The notes under the pieces were generated by a model. It had not been told where the DNA came from. It saw only the letters and a list, made by a program, of their open reading frames with translations, and did no database searches. The position numbers were made by a program, and so were the translations under genes. Shown here in pieces: positions 36,155 to 48,575 of a stretch of 57,757 nucleotides of DNA; the stretch's first letter is position 1; each line of letters opens with the position of its first letter. The DNA comes from Nemertoderma westbladi (lineage: Eukaryota; Animalia; Xenacoelomorpha): positions 1-57,757 of the forward strand of contig JAUCBJ010000894.1 of NCBI GenBank assembly GCA_032718475.1, in the 5' to 3' direction.

Positions 36155-38290
36155 TGTTAAACAACCGCGACACCTATACTAACAGCAGAACTGTTGAACA
36201 GACAAATACCCGTATACCTCTCTGCCAACCTAATGAGCTCTCGCCTAACCAATAAGACACAAAGACTGCTCTACTGTTAAGTAAAGGGGATCAGGAGCGT
36301 GCTATTACTAAATTGTAAGGGTTGCTAAATACAAAACCGCTACTTACCGTTGGATGGCGCTAATCTGCCGTCCGCTAATATATTTTACTAAATTTACACA
36401 GCTCCTGCAAAATCGCTTGTTCCTTTCTCTACCGATCGCTCGATAGAGAGCTAACTGTTCGAATCTATGAGCCACGCGGGAATAACCAAAACAATAAACC
36501 CGAGTCGGCTCCCTAAGCTTACTTAAGACGAGTGCGAGGGGCTTTGCACTCAGAGTATATTCTTACGCCTAATTTTACTACTGTTGAAGTACGCTAATGC
36601 CTACGTCTTTTCTAATCGCGAATACGGAGGGTTCCCTAACGAAATGTGTGAATGCGAGAATATTTAAATAAATCAAAATTGGTACAGTACAATGTCTTTC
36701 GTGGGTGATACCGCTCTGGGTCTAAACTTGCCTGCAGCTGGCTTTAGGCCAGCAATTCACTAGTGTCTTGCGTACTAACTATTGCGATCTAGTTTATTGC
36801 CCGCTAATTCAAATAACCGCTCAGCGTGAATAGTTTACGGTACTCTAATTATTACCTTAGCTACTCTCCGCTATGCTGCGTACTAATTCTTAATTTTACT
36901 AATTAATTACAGTCACAAATATGTAACAGCCTAAAATACTGTATTACTTTGACCTAATCAGTAATTATTTACAGTAAACTAAGAGATAGAAATCAATCAA
37001 AGGGAAAAGAGCGCCTATCTAAGCATTCGTAATCTTAGGCACACTTTAGTAACACATCAATCAGAGTCAGCAATCACGGATCACAATAGCACGACTTGCA
37101 ATTATACAATCTGCAATTATATAATTCGCAACTTACTTACGTACTTACCCACTTACTTACTGTAAGGTATGCAGGCCCCTCCCGGGTACATCTAGGCTTC
37201 CTAACTAACCCAATTCCTGCCCCCTAATACTAAATAGAGACAAAACCTTGGATCATCAGCCCCCTAATTACTGTACCGGCGAGCGGTCTCCAACCCACAG
37301 TCCAAATTGCCCGACCACAACGTTGACCCCCGCCAGCGTTGCCCGCCTTTGAATCCTCCGCTCTCCCTTAGTCGCCCAACCCCCCGATGTGCCCACCGCC
37401 TACTGGCACCTTAGCCCTCCATTATGCTAATAGCTACCGTAGCGGCGCATGCAAATCACAAAGTCTGACAGTCTCAGAAATCCCTTAGGATTATTGCGCA
37501 GAAAGGAATCACATAGAACCATTAATCAAAAGGTAGAAATCATAGTTCAGTTGTAATTAGCAGTAATTGAAGGAATTAATTGAGAAACACAATCAAGAGT
37601 AATCGCACTAGCAAATCATTCCAAGAAATTAATCAAATTGCAGAAATACTCTAAAATCCGTCAAAAATGAATAGAGACAGCTCAGCAAGTACAAAGGTGA
37701 TAGCAGATCATGTGAGGGATAACAGTACACAGTAAGGCTCTACCGGCACACCGCCAATTTATAGGTGATCCGGATGGGGTGATGCAATAGGGTGACTCAA
37801 TCGCTCTCCTATTGGCTCTCCAGTCCGTGCTAGCATTAGACCAACCTGGAAGCAGTTAGTCCAATAAGGAGGCCGGATTGTAGCCCAAACCTCAAATTAT
37901 TACCATATATGGTAATGGTTCGTGTCCCTGGCTGCTGAATGGCCAGGACAGCGTCCCTATATGCTAGCCCTATTGATGCTAATATCAGCAAGCACAAAAT
38001 CCAGGGTCCGAATAAACTTGCTACCCTGGGACTATCTACATATATCCTAATACAAAATTACGTAGGTAGGGCTACATACTATACAAAATGGATGGATTCG
38101 AATATATGGGTGTTTCGAATTCCCTATCTAAATATCATTGCGTTATTATGCCTTATCTAAAATATTATGCTGCACAACGGACTAATATTACGTACAGTAT
38201 AACGGACTAATATTGCATACTGCATAACGGACTAATATTGCATACTGCATAATGACTAATAATGTGGATACAGCGCCATATACCGTAACA
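36155..38290 (-). repeat. 5' LTR (2136 bp)
   Basis: Direct repeat of 22178-24312. Short acggactaatatt repeats near the U3 end. Confidence 0.96.
37755..37870 (-). promoter_or_regulatory. Putative LTR promoter (TATA and CCAAT boxes)
   Basis: Minus-strand CTATAAA at 37764-37758, with CCAAT/ATTGG motifs near 37811 and 37861 upstream. Confidence 0.55.
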
Positions 38291-38295
38291 CATTC

Positions 38296-39373
38296 ACTAC
38301 GGTAAGACTGAAAGTATTTTGTTTGGTTCCAAAAGAAAGTTAAAGAAGGTAACTAAGTTTGAAGTCACTAGTAATGGACATAAGATTGAAAATAAAAAGG
38401 AAGTTAAATATTTAGGCGCCACATTGGATAACTGCTTATCAGGAGAAAGTACAGTGAAAAATATTTTCTCGAAAGTTAACAGTAGGCTTAGGTTTCTATA
38501 CAGAAATAAAAATAGTTTAAACACCGACTCCCGCAAGTTACTTTGCTCTTCTTTAATACAGTGTCACATGGACTATGCGTGCTCTTCTTGGTATGAAGGC
38601 TTAACCAAACAGCTTAAATGTAAATTACAAGTAGCTCAGAATAAAGTAGTACGATTTATTAAAGACTACAAACCTAGGCACCACCTAACTCCAGATGACT
38701 TTTCTGAATCTGGACTATTTAACTTAGATAGTAGAGTTAAGCAGCTACGCCTTAACCATGTGCATAAAGTGTATAATGGTAAATGTCCCAATTACCTAAA
38801 ACAAAAATTCAACAGAGTACGCGATACACACTCTTACAGTACCAGAGCTAGTGCTTCAAACCTCTACCTCCCGAATTGTAAATCCTTTGAATCTGATACT
38901 TTCTTTTTTAACGGCATTAAAAATTGGAACGCTCTGCCTAATGAAATTAAAAACATAAATAATCAACATTCTTTTAAATCTGCAGTTAAATCTCATCTCC
39001 GTGTGCAATGTAAAAATAGGTACAATAGTCCTACAGTAAGTTATTAGTTTATTAATTATTTACTATTTATACTGTAATTACGTTTTATAATAAATTGTTC
39101 TGTACATTACATCTTTATCGTTGAGTCGGGCATTGTCACGCTCTCGGTAAAGTTGTACATGTACATAGTGTAATTACGTTTTATATTGGTTTTAGGTTAG
39201 CGTAGTGTAATATTGTATTTGTAACCAAGTAACATAAAGGACCCCCTTGGAAATAAGCTGCAAAGCTTTAGGGGTAATCCTATATGTTATGTTGGACAAT
39301 ACCTTTATACCGGTACATTGTTTGGTGTATTTGTTATTGTTTTTACATAATGTATAAATAAATCTATCTATCT
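38296..39373 (+). mobile_element. CR1/L2-group (Crack-like) LINE, right part and 3' UTR
   Basis: HYGKTESILFGS...KYLGATLD...DYACSSWY...WNALP continues the frame of 21250-22177. 3' end ggacccc...ggaaataag...ggggtaatcc and aataaatctatcta tail. Confidence 0.92.
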
Positions 39374-39405
39374 CCCCCCATATCAAACGAAAATAAATAA
39401 CTCAC

Positions 39406-40052
39406 CGTGTTCCGTTAACCTCAAGTGTTGCGTCCCATCAACAGAAACCGGTCGTCGTAAAGGAGATGCACTCTCAGACACCCCCTGGGCAGGTAAGGTG
39501 CGAGATTTAGTCGCAGTGGAAAGTACTACAGTAGGTTTGGTTGATTGTGGCTCGAATCTACTGAGAAGGGACTTTACGTCACAGGGGCTTTTATTGGGAC
39601 GTGTGTGAACAGTGGTGCTAGTGGTAGTGCGGGTGCTAGTGGTGTTACTGCGGGTGTTAGGGGTGTTACTGTCGGTGCTAGGGGTGTTACTGTGGGTGCT
39701 AGGGGTGTTACTGTGGGTGCTAGGGGTTATACTGTGGGTGCTAGGGGTGTTACTGTGGGTGCTAGGGGTGTTAGTGTGGGTGCTAGGGGTGTTACTGTGG
39801 GTGCTAGGGGTGTTAGTGTGGGTGCTAGTGCTGTTAGTATGTGTAGTAGAAGTAGTGTTAGTGTGATGCCTAATTGTGTCTGAGTTACTTTTACGGGAGT
39901 CAATATAGGAAGGGTTAACTGATACAATAGGTTGGCTGGTATAATTATTGGATGGGTAGAACGTGGAGTAACTGAGGGGGTTGGAGTCCTTCTGGATAGA
40001 AGCTTCAGAGAATCGTCGGGTAATACAACTAGATTCGGTTTGGGGTTTGTAC
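39406..40052 (-). CDS. Exon of PDZD2/pro-IL-16-like gene (S/T-rich, 7-aa repeats)
   Basis: Acceptor ttttag and donor gtgagt. Open frame YKPQTESSC...(STHSNTP)n...CDVKSLLSRFEPQ...LTEH+G. Phase 1 out matches the exon starting at 20019. Confidence 0.72.
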
Positions 40053-40425
40053 CTAAAACAACAACAACGATATATCCTTATAATATACCGACAGACAGGC
40101 TATAAGGTCAATAAATACAACCATTCAACCACCAAATGTTACTAGTAACGAGATCCCAGAACGGGTTTTAATTCTACATTCAATTTTCTTAAGGCATCAT
40201 ATTTATAAAGCTTTATTTCACACTGTTACTGAAACATTAGTAAAATAAAATGATGATAAAAATACCTTTTTGGTTTATTAGGCCTCCTGACATATCTTTT
40301 AATATTAGAAATACTTTTAGAGTGGAGAAACTAATTGTCTTCACTATTTAAACTTCGGGATGCTATAAAATCAGTATCTGGACAGGGATTATATTATTCT
40401 CACCGAGATCCAGCTTTAAAACAAA

Positions 40426-43400
40426 AACCCACCCAAACTACAACCCCCCAAAACTTCCACCCACCCAAACTACAACCCCCCAAAACTACCACTCAACTAA
40501 ATTACCACCCACCCAAACTACAACCCACCAAAACTACCACTCACCCAAACTACAACCCACCTAAATTACCACCCACCCAAACTACAACCCACCAAAACTA
40601 CCACTCACCCAAACTACCACCCGCCCAAATAGCCAGCCACCCAAACTACAACCCACCTAAACTACCACCCATCCAAACTACAACCCACCAAAACTACCAC
40701 CCACCCAAACTACAACCCACCAAAACGTCCACCCACCCAAACTACAACCCACCAAAACTTCCACCCACCCAAACTACAACCCACCAAAACTTCCACCCAC
40801 CCAAACTACAACCCACCCAAACTACAACCCGCCCAAATAGCCAGCCACCCCATCTAGAACCCACCAAAACTTCCACCCACCCAAACTACCACTCACCCCA
40901 TCTACAACCCACCAAAAGTTCCATCCACCCAAACTACCACCCGCCAAAATAGCCAGCCACCCGAACTACAACCCACCTAAATTACCACCCACCCAAACTA
41001 CAACCCACCAAAACGTCCACCCACCCAAACTACAACCCACCAAAACTTCCACCCACCCAAACTACAACCCACCAAAACTTCCACCCACCCAAACTACAAC
41101 CCACCCAAACTACAACCCACCTAAACTACCACCCACCCAAACTACAACCCACCAAAACTACCACCCACCCAAACTACCACCCGCCCAAATAGCCAGCCAC
41201 CCAAACTACAACCCACCTAAATTACCACCCACCCAAACTACAACCCACCAAAACTTCCACCCACCCAAACTACAACCCACCCAAACTACAACCCACCTAA
41301 ACTACCACCCACCCAAACTACAACCCACCAAAACTACCACCCACCCAAACTACAACCCACCAAAACGTCCACCCACCCAAACTACAACCCCTCCAAAACT
41401 TCCACCCACCCAAACTACAACCCACCAAAACTTCCACCCACCCAAACTACAACCCACCCAAACTACAACCCACTTAAACTACCACCCACCCAAACTACAA
41501 CCCACCAAAACTACCACCCACCCAAACTACCACCCGCCCAAATAGCCAGCCACCCAAACTACAACCCACCTAAATTACCACCCACCCAAACTACAACCCA
41601 CCAAAACTTCCACCCACCCAAACTACAACCCACCCAAACTACAACCCACCTAAACTACCACCCACCCAAACTACAACCCACCAAAACTTCCACCCATCCA
41701 AACTACAACCCACCCAAACTACCACCCGCCCAAATAGCCAGCCACCCAAACTACAACCCACCTAAACTACCACCCACCCAAACTACAACCCACCCAAACT
41801 ACCACCCACCCAAACTACAACCCACCCAAACTACAACCCACCCAAACTTCAACCCTCCCAAATAGCCAGCTACCCAAACTTCAATCCTCCCAAATAGCCA
41901 GCTACCCAAACTACAACCCGCCCAAATAGCCAGCCACCCAAACTACAACCCACCCAAACTACCACCCGCCCAAATAGCCAGCCACCCAAACTACAACCCA
42001 CCAAAACTTCCACTCACCCAAACTACAACCCACCAAAACTTCCACCCACCCAAACTACATATAACCCACCCAAACTACCACTCACCCCATCTACAACCCA
42101 CCAAAACTACCACTCACCCAAACTACCACCCGCCCAAATAGCCAGCCACCCAAACTACAACCCACCAAAACTTCCACCCACCCAAACTACATATAACCCA
42201 CCCAAACTACCACTCACCCCATCTACAACCCACCAAAAGTTCCATCCACCCAAACTACCACCCGCCAAAATAGCCAGCCACCCAAACTACAACCCACCTA
42301 AACTACCACCCACCCAAACTACCACCCACCCAAACTACAACCGACCAAATAGCCAGCCACCCAAACTACAACCCACCTAAATTACCACCCACCCAAACTA
42401 CAACCCACCAAAACTACCACTCACCCAAACTACCACCCGCCCAAATAGCCAGCCACCCCATCTAGAACCCACCAAAACTTCCACCCACCCAAACTACAAC
42501 CCACCAAAACTACCAGCCACCCAAACTACCACCCGCCCAAATAGCCAGCCACCCAAACTACAACCCACCTAAATTACCACCCACCCAAACTACAACCCAC
42601 CAAAACTACCACTCACCCAAACTACCACCCGCCCAAATAGCCAGCCACCCAAACTACAACCCACCTAAATTACCACCCACCCAAACTACAACCCACCAAA
42701 ACTACCACTCACCCAAACTACCACCCGCCCAAACAGCCAGCCACCCAAACTACAACCCACCTAAACTACCACCCATCCAAACTACAACCCACCAAAACTT
42801 CCACCCACCCAAACTACAACCCACCAAAACTACCACTCACCCAAACTACAACCAACCCAAACTACAACCCACCTAAACTTCCACCCACCCAAACTACAAC
42901 CCACCCAAACTACCACCCACCCAAACTACAACCCACCCAAACTACAACCCACCCAAACTACAACCCACCCAAACTACAACCCACCCAAACTACAACCCAC
43001 CTAAACTACCACTCACCCAAACTACAACCCACCAAAACTACGACTCACCCAAACTACCACCCGCCCAAACAGGCAGCCACCCAAACTACAACCCACCAAA
43101 ACTACCACCCACCCAAACTACAACCAACCCAAACTACAACCCACCTAAACTACAACCCACCCAAACTACCTCCCACCCAAACTACAACCCACCCAAACTA
43201 CAACCCACCCAAACTACAACCCACCTAAACTACCACTCACCCAAACTACCACCCGCCCAAATAGCCAGCCACCCAAACTACAACCCACCTAAACTACAAC
43301 CCACCCAAACTACCACCCACCCAAACTACAACCCACCCAAACTACAACCCACCAAAACTTCCACCCACCCAAACTACAACCCACCCAAACTACAACCCAC

Positions 43401-44125
43401 CTAAACTACCACCCATCCAAACTACAACCCACCAAAACTTCCACCCACCCAAACTACAACCCACCAAAACTACCACTCACCCAAACTACCACCCGCCAAA
43501 ACAGCCAGCCACCCAAACTACAACCCACCCAAACTACAACCCACCTAAACTACAACCCACCTAAACTTCCACCCACCCAAACTACCACCCATCCAAACTA
43601 CAACCCACCAAAACTTCCACCCACCCAAACTACAACCCACCAAAACTACCACTCACCCAAACTACCACCCGCCCAAACAGCCAGCCACCCAAACTACAAC
43701 CCACCCAAACTACAACCCACCCAAACTACAACCCACCTAAACTACCACCCACCCAAACTACAACCCACCCAAACTACAACCCACCAAAACTTCCACCCAC
43801 CCAAACTACAACCCACCAAAACTACAACCCACCTAAACTACCACCCATCCAAACTACAACCCACCAAAACTTCCACCCACCCAAACTACAACCCACCAAA
43901 ACTACCACTCACCCAAACTACCACCCGCCCAAACAGCCAGCCACCCAAACTACAACCCACCAAAACTACCACCCACCCAAACTACCACCCACCCAAACTA
44001 CAACCCACCCAAACTACCACCCACCCAAACTACAACCCACCCAAACTACAACCCACCCAAACTACAACCCTCCCAAATAGCCAGCTACCCAAACTACAAC
44101 CCACCTAAATTACAACCCACTCAAA
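40426..44125. repeat. 3.7-kb degenerate 15-bp satellite (ccacccaaactacaa) with higher-order variants
   Basis: Directly visible C/A-rich array, with recurring variant ccgcccaaatagccag. Confidence 0.96.
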
Positions 44126-44337
44126 CAAACACCCACCCACCCATCGTTAGAAAATATGAATAGGATGTGACATTAATTAGCCTATTACAAAACAAAATCA
44201 CAATACATAAAAACACATACAAAACAAATATAATATGATTGGAGTTCCGAATAAAATATTGTCTTACCGAATACTTTTATACAGTAATTAATAATAAATC
44301 AATTAGAAATGTTTTTATTAATATTATACAGTATCAA

Positions 44338-46209
44338 TTAATATCTTCTTTCTGGAATCTCAGGTACTTTCTCATCACATTCCTCGGGTTTTTCTTCCTC
44401 GTTGTTGTTAACAACTACATTAGGAACTGCAACAGGATTGTTTATAACTTCTACGTCGACATTCCCATTAACATTCTTCGGTATATCATAGACAGCATCA
44501 GAGTCAGTTTCTTTTTCAAGTCGTACTTTGTTCATCTCAGTATACAAAACATCATCTCCAGCAGAAACAGAATCAACTGTCTGTAACTCGTCAGTGTAAA
44601 CTTGATGACGCAGTTTCGGTGTTGGTTTATTTCCATGGAAACCTTTAGTAAAACCAACTGCTTCGTAACCACCACCACTATCATAATCTGTAATATCAGC
44701 GCCATCTATCGATTCGTACTGGTCCACCACATTGCTGTCAGAATTAACTATTGGTGATGTTGGAGGGTTTATACAAGTAGATTGATTAGTACTGACGTAG
44801 CCTGGATTTGTGTTACCTTGAGGTTGTCTAACATTTTGACGAGTATTATCACTAGAAGTGTTGTTACCAGTAACTCCATCTACAATATCTAATGTCGAGT
44901 AATAATATCCATCAGCCACATCATTAAATCTACCAATATCGCCCCCATCGCTATACACATTGTCTACAACATCTACAACGCTCTCCCCCAAAGGATTCGG
45001 TCTCTCTTCCTTAGAGCGACGCTTCTTACAAACAAAATACAAGACCAGCGTTGTTAGGAGCAACGCAGTCACTGAACCACCAACACTAGTCGCTATGACT
45101 ACGACAGATACACCTTCACTTGCATTGTTTGTATTTACAACCACCACGCTGACATTCGGACTAGTTACATTCTGGTAACCAGGGATACAATAAACTTCGT
45201 ACCAATACACTCCACTGTCTCCCGTAGCAACTGTATAGCTAATAATTGTATCAACATTAATTCGTTCCATTTCGTTGTCTGAAGTTTCTCTGTACCAACT
45301 GACGTTGTTATCTGGCCACCCTTCTATAAAATCAGCTTTTAGAACAAGTAAATCACCTTCAACTAACTGAATGTCACTGGCAGAGACATCGTTGTCAGTG
45401 GTGATCGTTAGGTTGGTTGCTAAGTAACTAATTTCCATGGATACCGTACAAGTTTCAACGCCGTTAGTAACATAATTATTTGCCTGGCAAGTAAATTGGT
45501 TATTTAAACTTAGAAAGAAGTCGGCGTCAGAAGGAATCTGGTAATAATTAATTTGTGTATTTGTGACATCTTTATTTATACTGTTAACTGGGTTACAGTC
45601 TTTATCAACCCATTGGAATATTCCGTTGTTATGGTAACGAGTTTCCCTAGGTGAAGGCATCCAATCATTAGCCTTGCATTCTATATAAGGTGGTAATTGG
45701 TTATCGTCGCTGCTAATATATTTATTTGAATTTCTATCGAATATTAGTTGACAGTTTCTGTTCTGTGTCTCTGCCTGTCCGTTACATCCGCATTCTGGAA
45801 CAGAATACCGACACTGAGGAAGTGTAATCTCCTGCCCGGGTGACAAATATTTCCAATACCAATAACAACTATATTCAAAAGTCCCATTGTATTCATAATC
45901 ATATATAAGTCTATTAACAGTAAACGTAGCAGTGTGAGCACTTCTGTCAAGGTAAACACTTCCTCTATTGGAGTTGGTTACTTGTGACCCGTAAACACGT
46001 AATATGGTTTTCCAATCTGAACCAACTACAATATACAACCCAATATCAATATTTGAACGCCACCTTATTCGACTATCAGTACAAACCAACTGTAGTTTGT
46101 CATCTTTAACAAGACAATCTCGTCCAACTGGGAGAATCTTTTGCAAACTATTAACTGACCCAGACAAACTCAGAACAACCGAACAATAAACCCAATTAAT
46201 AATATTCAT
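44338..46209 (-). CDS. Intronless type-I membrane protein, 623 aa, with Ig-like ectodomain and tyrosine-rich cytoplasmic tail
   Basis: Signal-peptide-like N-terminus. Ig-like patterns (LQLVC..W..ATFTVNRL..YSC; FTCQANN; EGDLLVL..VSWYR..DSGVYW). TM VVVIATSVGGSVTALLLTTLVLYFVC followed by KKRR. Minus-strand AATAAA just after the stop. Confidence 0.8.
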   Translation of the reverse strand: MNIINWVYCSVVLSLSGSVNSLQKILPVGRDCLVKDDKLQLVCTDSRIRWRSNIDIGLYIVVGSDWKTILRVYGSQVTNSNRGSVYLDRSAHTATFTVNRLIYDYEYNGTFEYSCYWYWKYLSPGQEITLPQCRYSVPECGCNGQAETQNRNCQLIFDRNSNKYISSDDNQLPPYIECKANDWMPSPRETRYHNNGIFQWVDKDCNPVNSINKDVTNTQINYYQIPSDADFFLSLNNQFTCQANNYVTNGVETCTVSMEISYLATNLTITTDNDVSASDIQLVEGDLLVLKADFIEGWPDNNVSWYRETSDNEMERINVDTIISYTVATGDSGVYWYEVYCIPGYQNVTSPNVSVVVVNTNNASEGVSVVVIATSVGGSVTALLLTTLVLYFVCKKRRSKEERPNPLGESVVDVVDNVYSDGGDIGRFNDVADGYYYSTLDIVDGVTGNNTSSDNTRQNVRQPQGNTNPGYVSTNQSTCINPPTSPIVNSDSNVVDQYESIDGADITDYDSGGGYEAVGFTKGFHGNKPTPKLRHQVYTDELQTVDSVSAGDDVLYTEMNKVRLEKETDSDAVYDIPKNVNGNVDVEVINNPVAVPNVVVNNNEEEKPEECDEKVPEIPERRY

Positions 46210-47540
46210 ATTGGAGAAATAAAATTACTAAAACTGAGTTGTTTTAAAATCAATAAAATTGTGAATAATATTGTAAAATGTAATTCAATAAATAAAGTTT
46301 AAATTATTATAACTTATATAAACAAACTATTGGATATATAGAGCTAATCGAATCGCATTATACGGAAGGCTTTCTTGACTCTTTACTGTACAGTACAGGG
46401 TAGATATGGATATATATATATACCAGGATGCGGTGTGGAGATAAGGTTAACGACAAACCCTAATGGTGCCAATACAATCATTATGGTCCATATATAAAAC
46501 AATGCATCACCCTACAGAAACAACTCTCAGATTCGCCTGTTGGTCCGTTTGACTGTCGGTCTGTCCGTCAATATAAAGCATACTATCTGTCTAAACAATT
46601 ATCTACATGGGTTTTCTTGGTCCGTGACTTCATTTCTGATGTCATTATTCAAACTTGGCCTCGTCGTTTCTGTCTGTATGGCTGTATATAACCGCCGAAA
46701 TATAACCGACAGCCCAACGACCAAACAAACCATTAGGAAATCATAAAATCGTATAACTGACACTCGAAAATAATTCTGCGACAATGAAAACCCCTATAGA
46801 TAAACATTGAAAACTAGATTGTACGCCCTTTTCTTATATTTGACGGACAGTTGTCGGATAGTCAAATAGACCGACAGAAAGACATACAGACTAACTATAG
46901 TTTTCATAAAAGTGAAAACTTACATCAGAAATGAAATCATCGACCAGAAAAAACCCCCTAGCAAAATTCTTAGCATGGTTTTGTGCTTTCTTGTAGCAAT
47001 TCTCTCGGAATGGAATTGTTTCATTATTAAAAGACTACTCCTCCGCCATTTTTCCACCAATTTGTAAGTTTTTGGTATAAAATGAAATCTAGTAGTGTGC
47101 GCAATAATAACATTTTAAGCAATTTAGTTTTGCAATTGTTTTCTACTGTTATAAAAAATTTCACGAAAATAAATTTATTTTTAAAAGTAGCGGCATTTTT
47201 CTTGAAAAGTTTTTTTTTCACGTAATCAATCATGCTAATTCTAAAAAAACAGGTTACAACTTTTGAAAATAAAGCATAACAAAGGAGACGCATTTTAAGA
47301 CAAAAATATATATTTTGGCTCTGGCCGCTAAGGCCATTAAGGCCGCTTTTTGGAGCTGTATGCATTTCAAAATGTTGACTTCCAAGCCAACACCACCCCC
47401 CCCCCCCCCCCCCCTTTGAGATTTTAGAAGGACAGAAAGCGGCCAAAATAATTTCTATTTGATAAGAATTTTCTAGAATTTCAACTGGGTAGAAATTAAT
47501 TTCACCAGCCATCACAGATCCGCTTAGAGAGAGATCTCCT

Positions 47541-48093
47541 TTACTACAACTACGATCGGCATGCTGCATTGCAGCTGCATTATATATATATTAAAAATAT
47601 ATTAAGAATGCTGTGCCGGCTTGTCGACAAAATTGCGCCGCCACAACTCCCTATCACCCATGACATTTACTAGATCATCCGCATCTTCAAGGCCAGTGTC
47701 ATTTAGGATGCGTCTAGTCATGATGACTCTGGTCTGGTCTGGTAATGGAAGTCATGGGCTGTCCAAAGCGGAAGCGGTTCCGTTCAAGTGTCAAGCTCGG
47801 GGAGACTAATGAAACACCTCCAATGTTATATAGTGTCTGGTTGGAGATGTGTGCATTGTACTTGACACAATGAACCCGGCGTAGCATTCTTGTGAATGTG
47901 CCATCCAGAGATTTGGTGTCCTCGGCAGTTAGAGCGCAGCATGGACTCCCATAGAGGAGTACTGGAACTACTGCTGCTCTAAATAACCGGACCTTAAGTT
48001 TCCGATTAATTCTCGGTGACTTCTAAATCCTGGAAAGCCTATTCAAGGCTGTCCATGCCTTTCCCTTACGTATTCGAAGGTCCTCACCAGTAG
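47541..48093 (-). mobile_element. RTE LINE 3' fragment (same family as 1875-3007), internally deleted
   Basis: Reverse complement matches 2435-2992. Confidence 0.9.
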
Positions 48094-48159
48094 TATACAA
48101 TACTATGACACTGGATAATGGTCACCCGTAGTCCATCATTACCATCCATTTCTGGTACT

Positions 48160-48322
48160 GCAGCCAATCAGAAGCAACCATTTCAACCTTTTGCGGTGGT
48201 CGTTATTATTTCAACCAATCAGATGTCAGCATTTCATCCGTAACCATGGTAACTTCTCAAGTTCCCGCTTATTCCGCTAGAGGCGTTATTAGTCACCCAA
48301 CTCTAGTACTGCATCCAATCAT
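48160..48322 (+). promoter_or_regulatory. Putative promoter: three CCAATC boxes and an RFX X-box-like palindrome
   Basis: ccaatc at about 48164, 48215 and 48315. gtaaccatggtaac at 48240-48253. Confidence 0.45.
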
Positions 48323-48326
48323 AAGC

Positions 48327-48575
48327 CTTTATTTTACAGGTGTTCGGGTGTCTACACTTAGCAGCAGGTAACTTCTACTATTTTTCAAATCGCTATTTTT
48401 CACCAACCAGTATTTTCATATTTACCAACCTTTATTTTACAGGTGCTACGAGTGTCTACAGGTAACGTCTACTATTTTTCAAATCGCTATTTTTCAGCAA
48501 CCAGTATTTTCATATTTACCAACCTTTATTTTACAGACGCTAGAGGTGTCTACAGGTAACTTCTACTATTTTTCA
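48327..48575 (+). repeat. About 2.5 tandem copies of a 94-bp unit containing an acceptor, a micro-exon and a donor
   Basis: cctttattttacag|19-28 nt ending cag|gtaac... occurs three times. Confidence 0.8.

Larger units (their letters stand above)
22178..38290 (-). mobile_element. Full-length BEL/Pao LTR retrotransposon (16.1 kb)
   Basis: TGT...ACA LTRs, 5-bp TSD cattc at 22173-22177 and 38291-38295, and gag-PR-RT-RH-IN with BEL-specific motifs. Confidence 0.97.

Noticed and set aside
40266-40413. Additional upstream exon of the PDZ gene
   Set aside because: A donor exists at 40265, but the phase-compatible frame has stops from the good acceptor (40414) and is open only from a weak acceptor at 40331; support is insufficient.
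40335-40952. 205-aa extensin-like P/T-rich ORF
   Set aside because: Read-through into the 15-bp satellite; no ATG start and no splice support.
47027-47569. 180-aa minus-strand ORF
   Set aside because: Starts in an RTE tail and runs through a poly-C tract and AT-rich DNA; no protein-like features.
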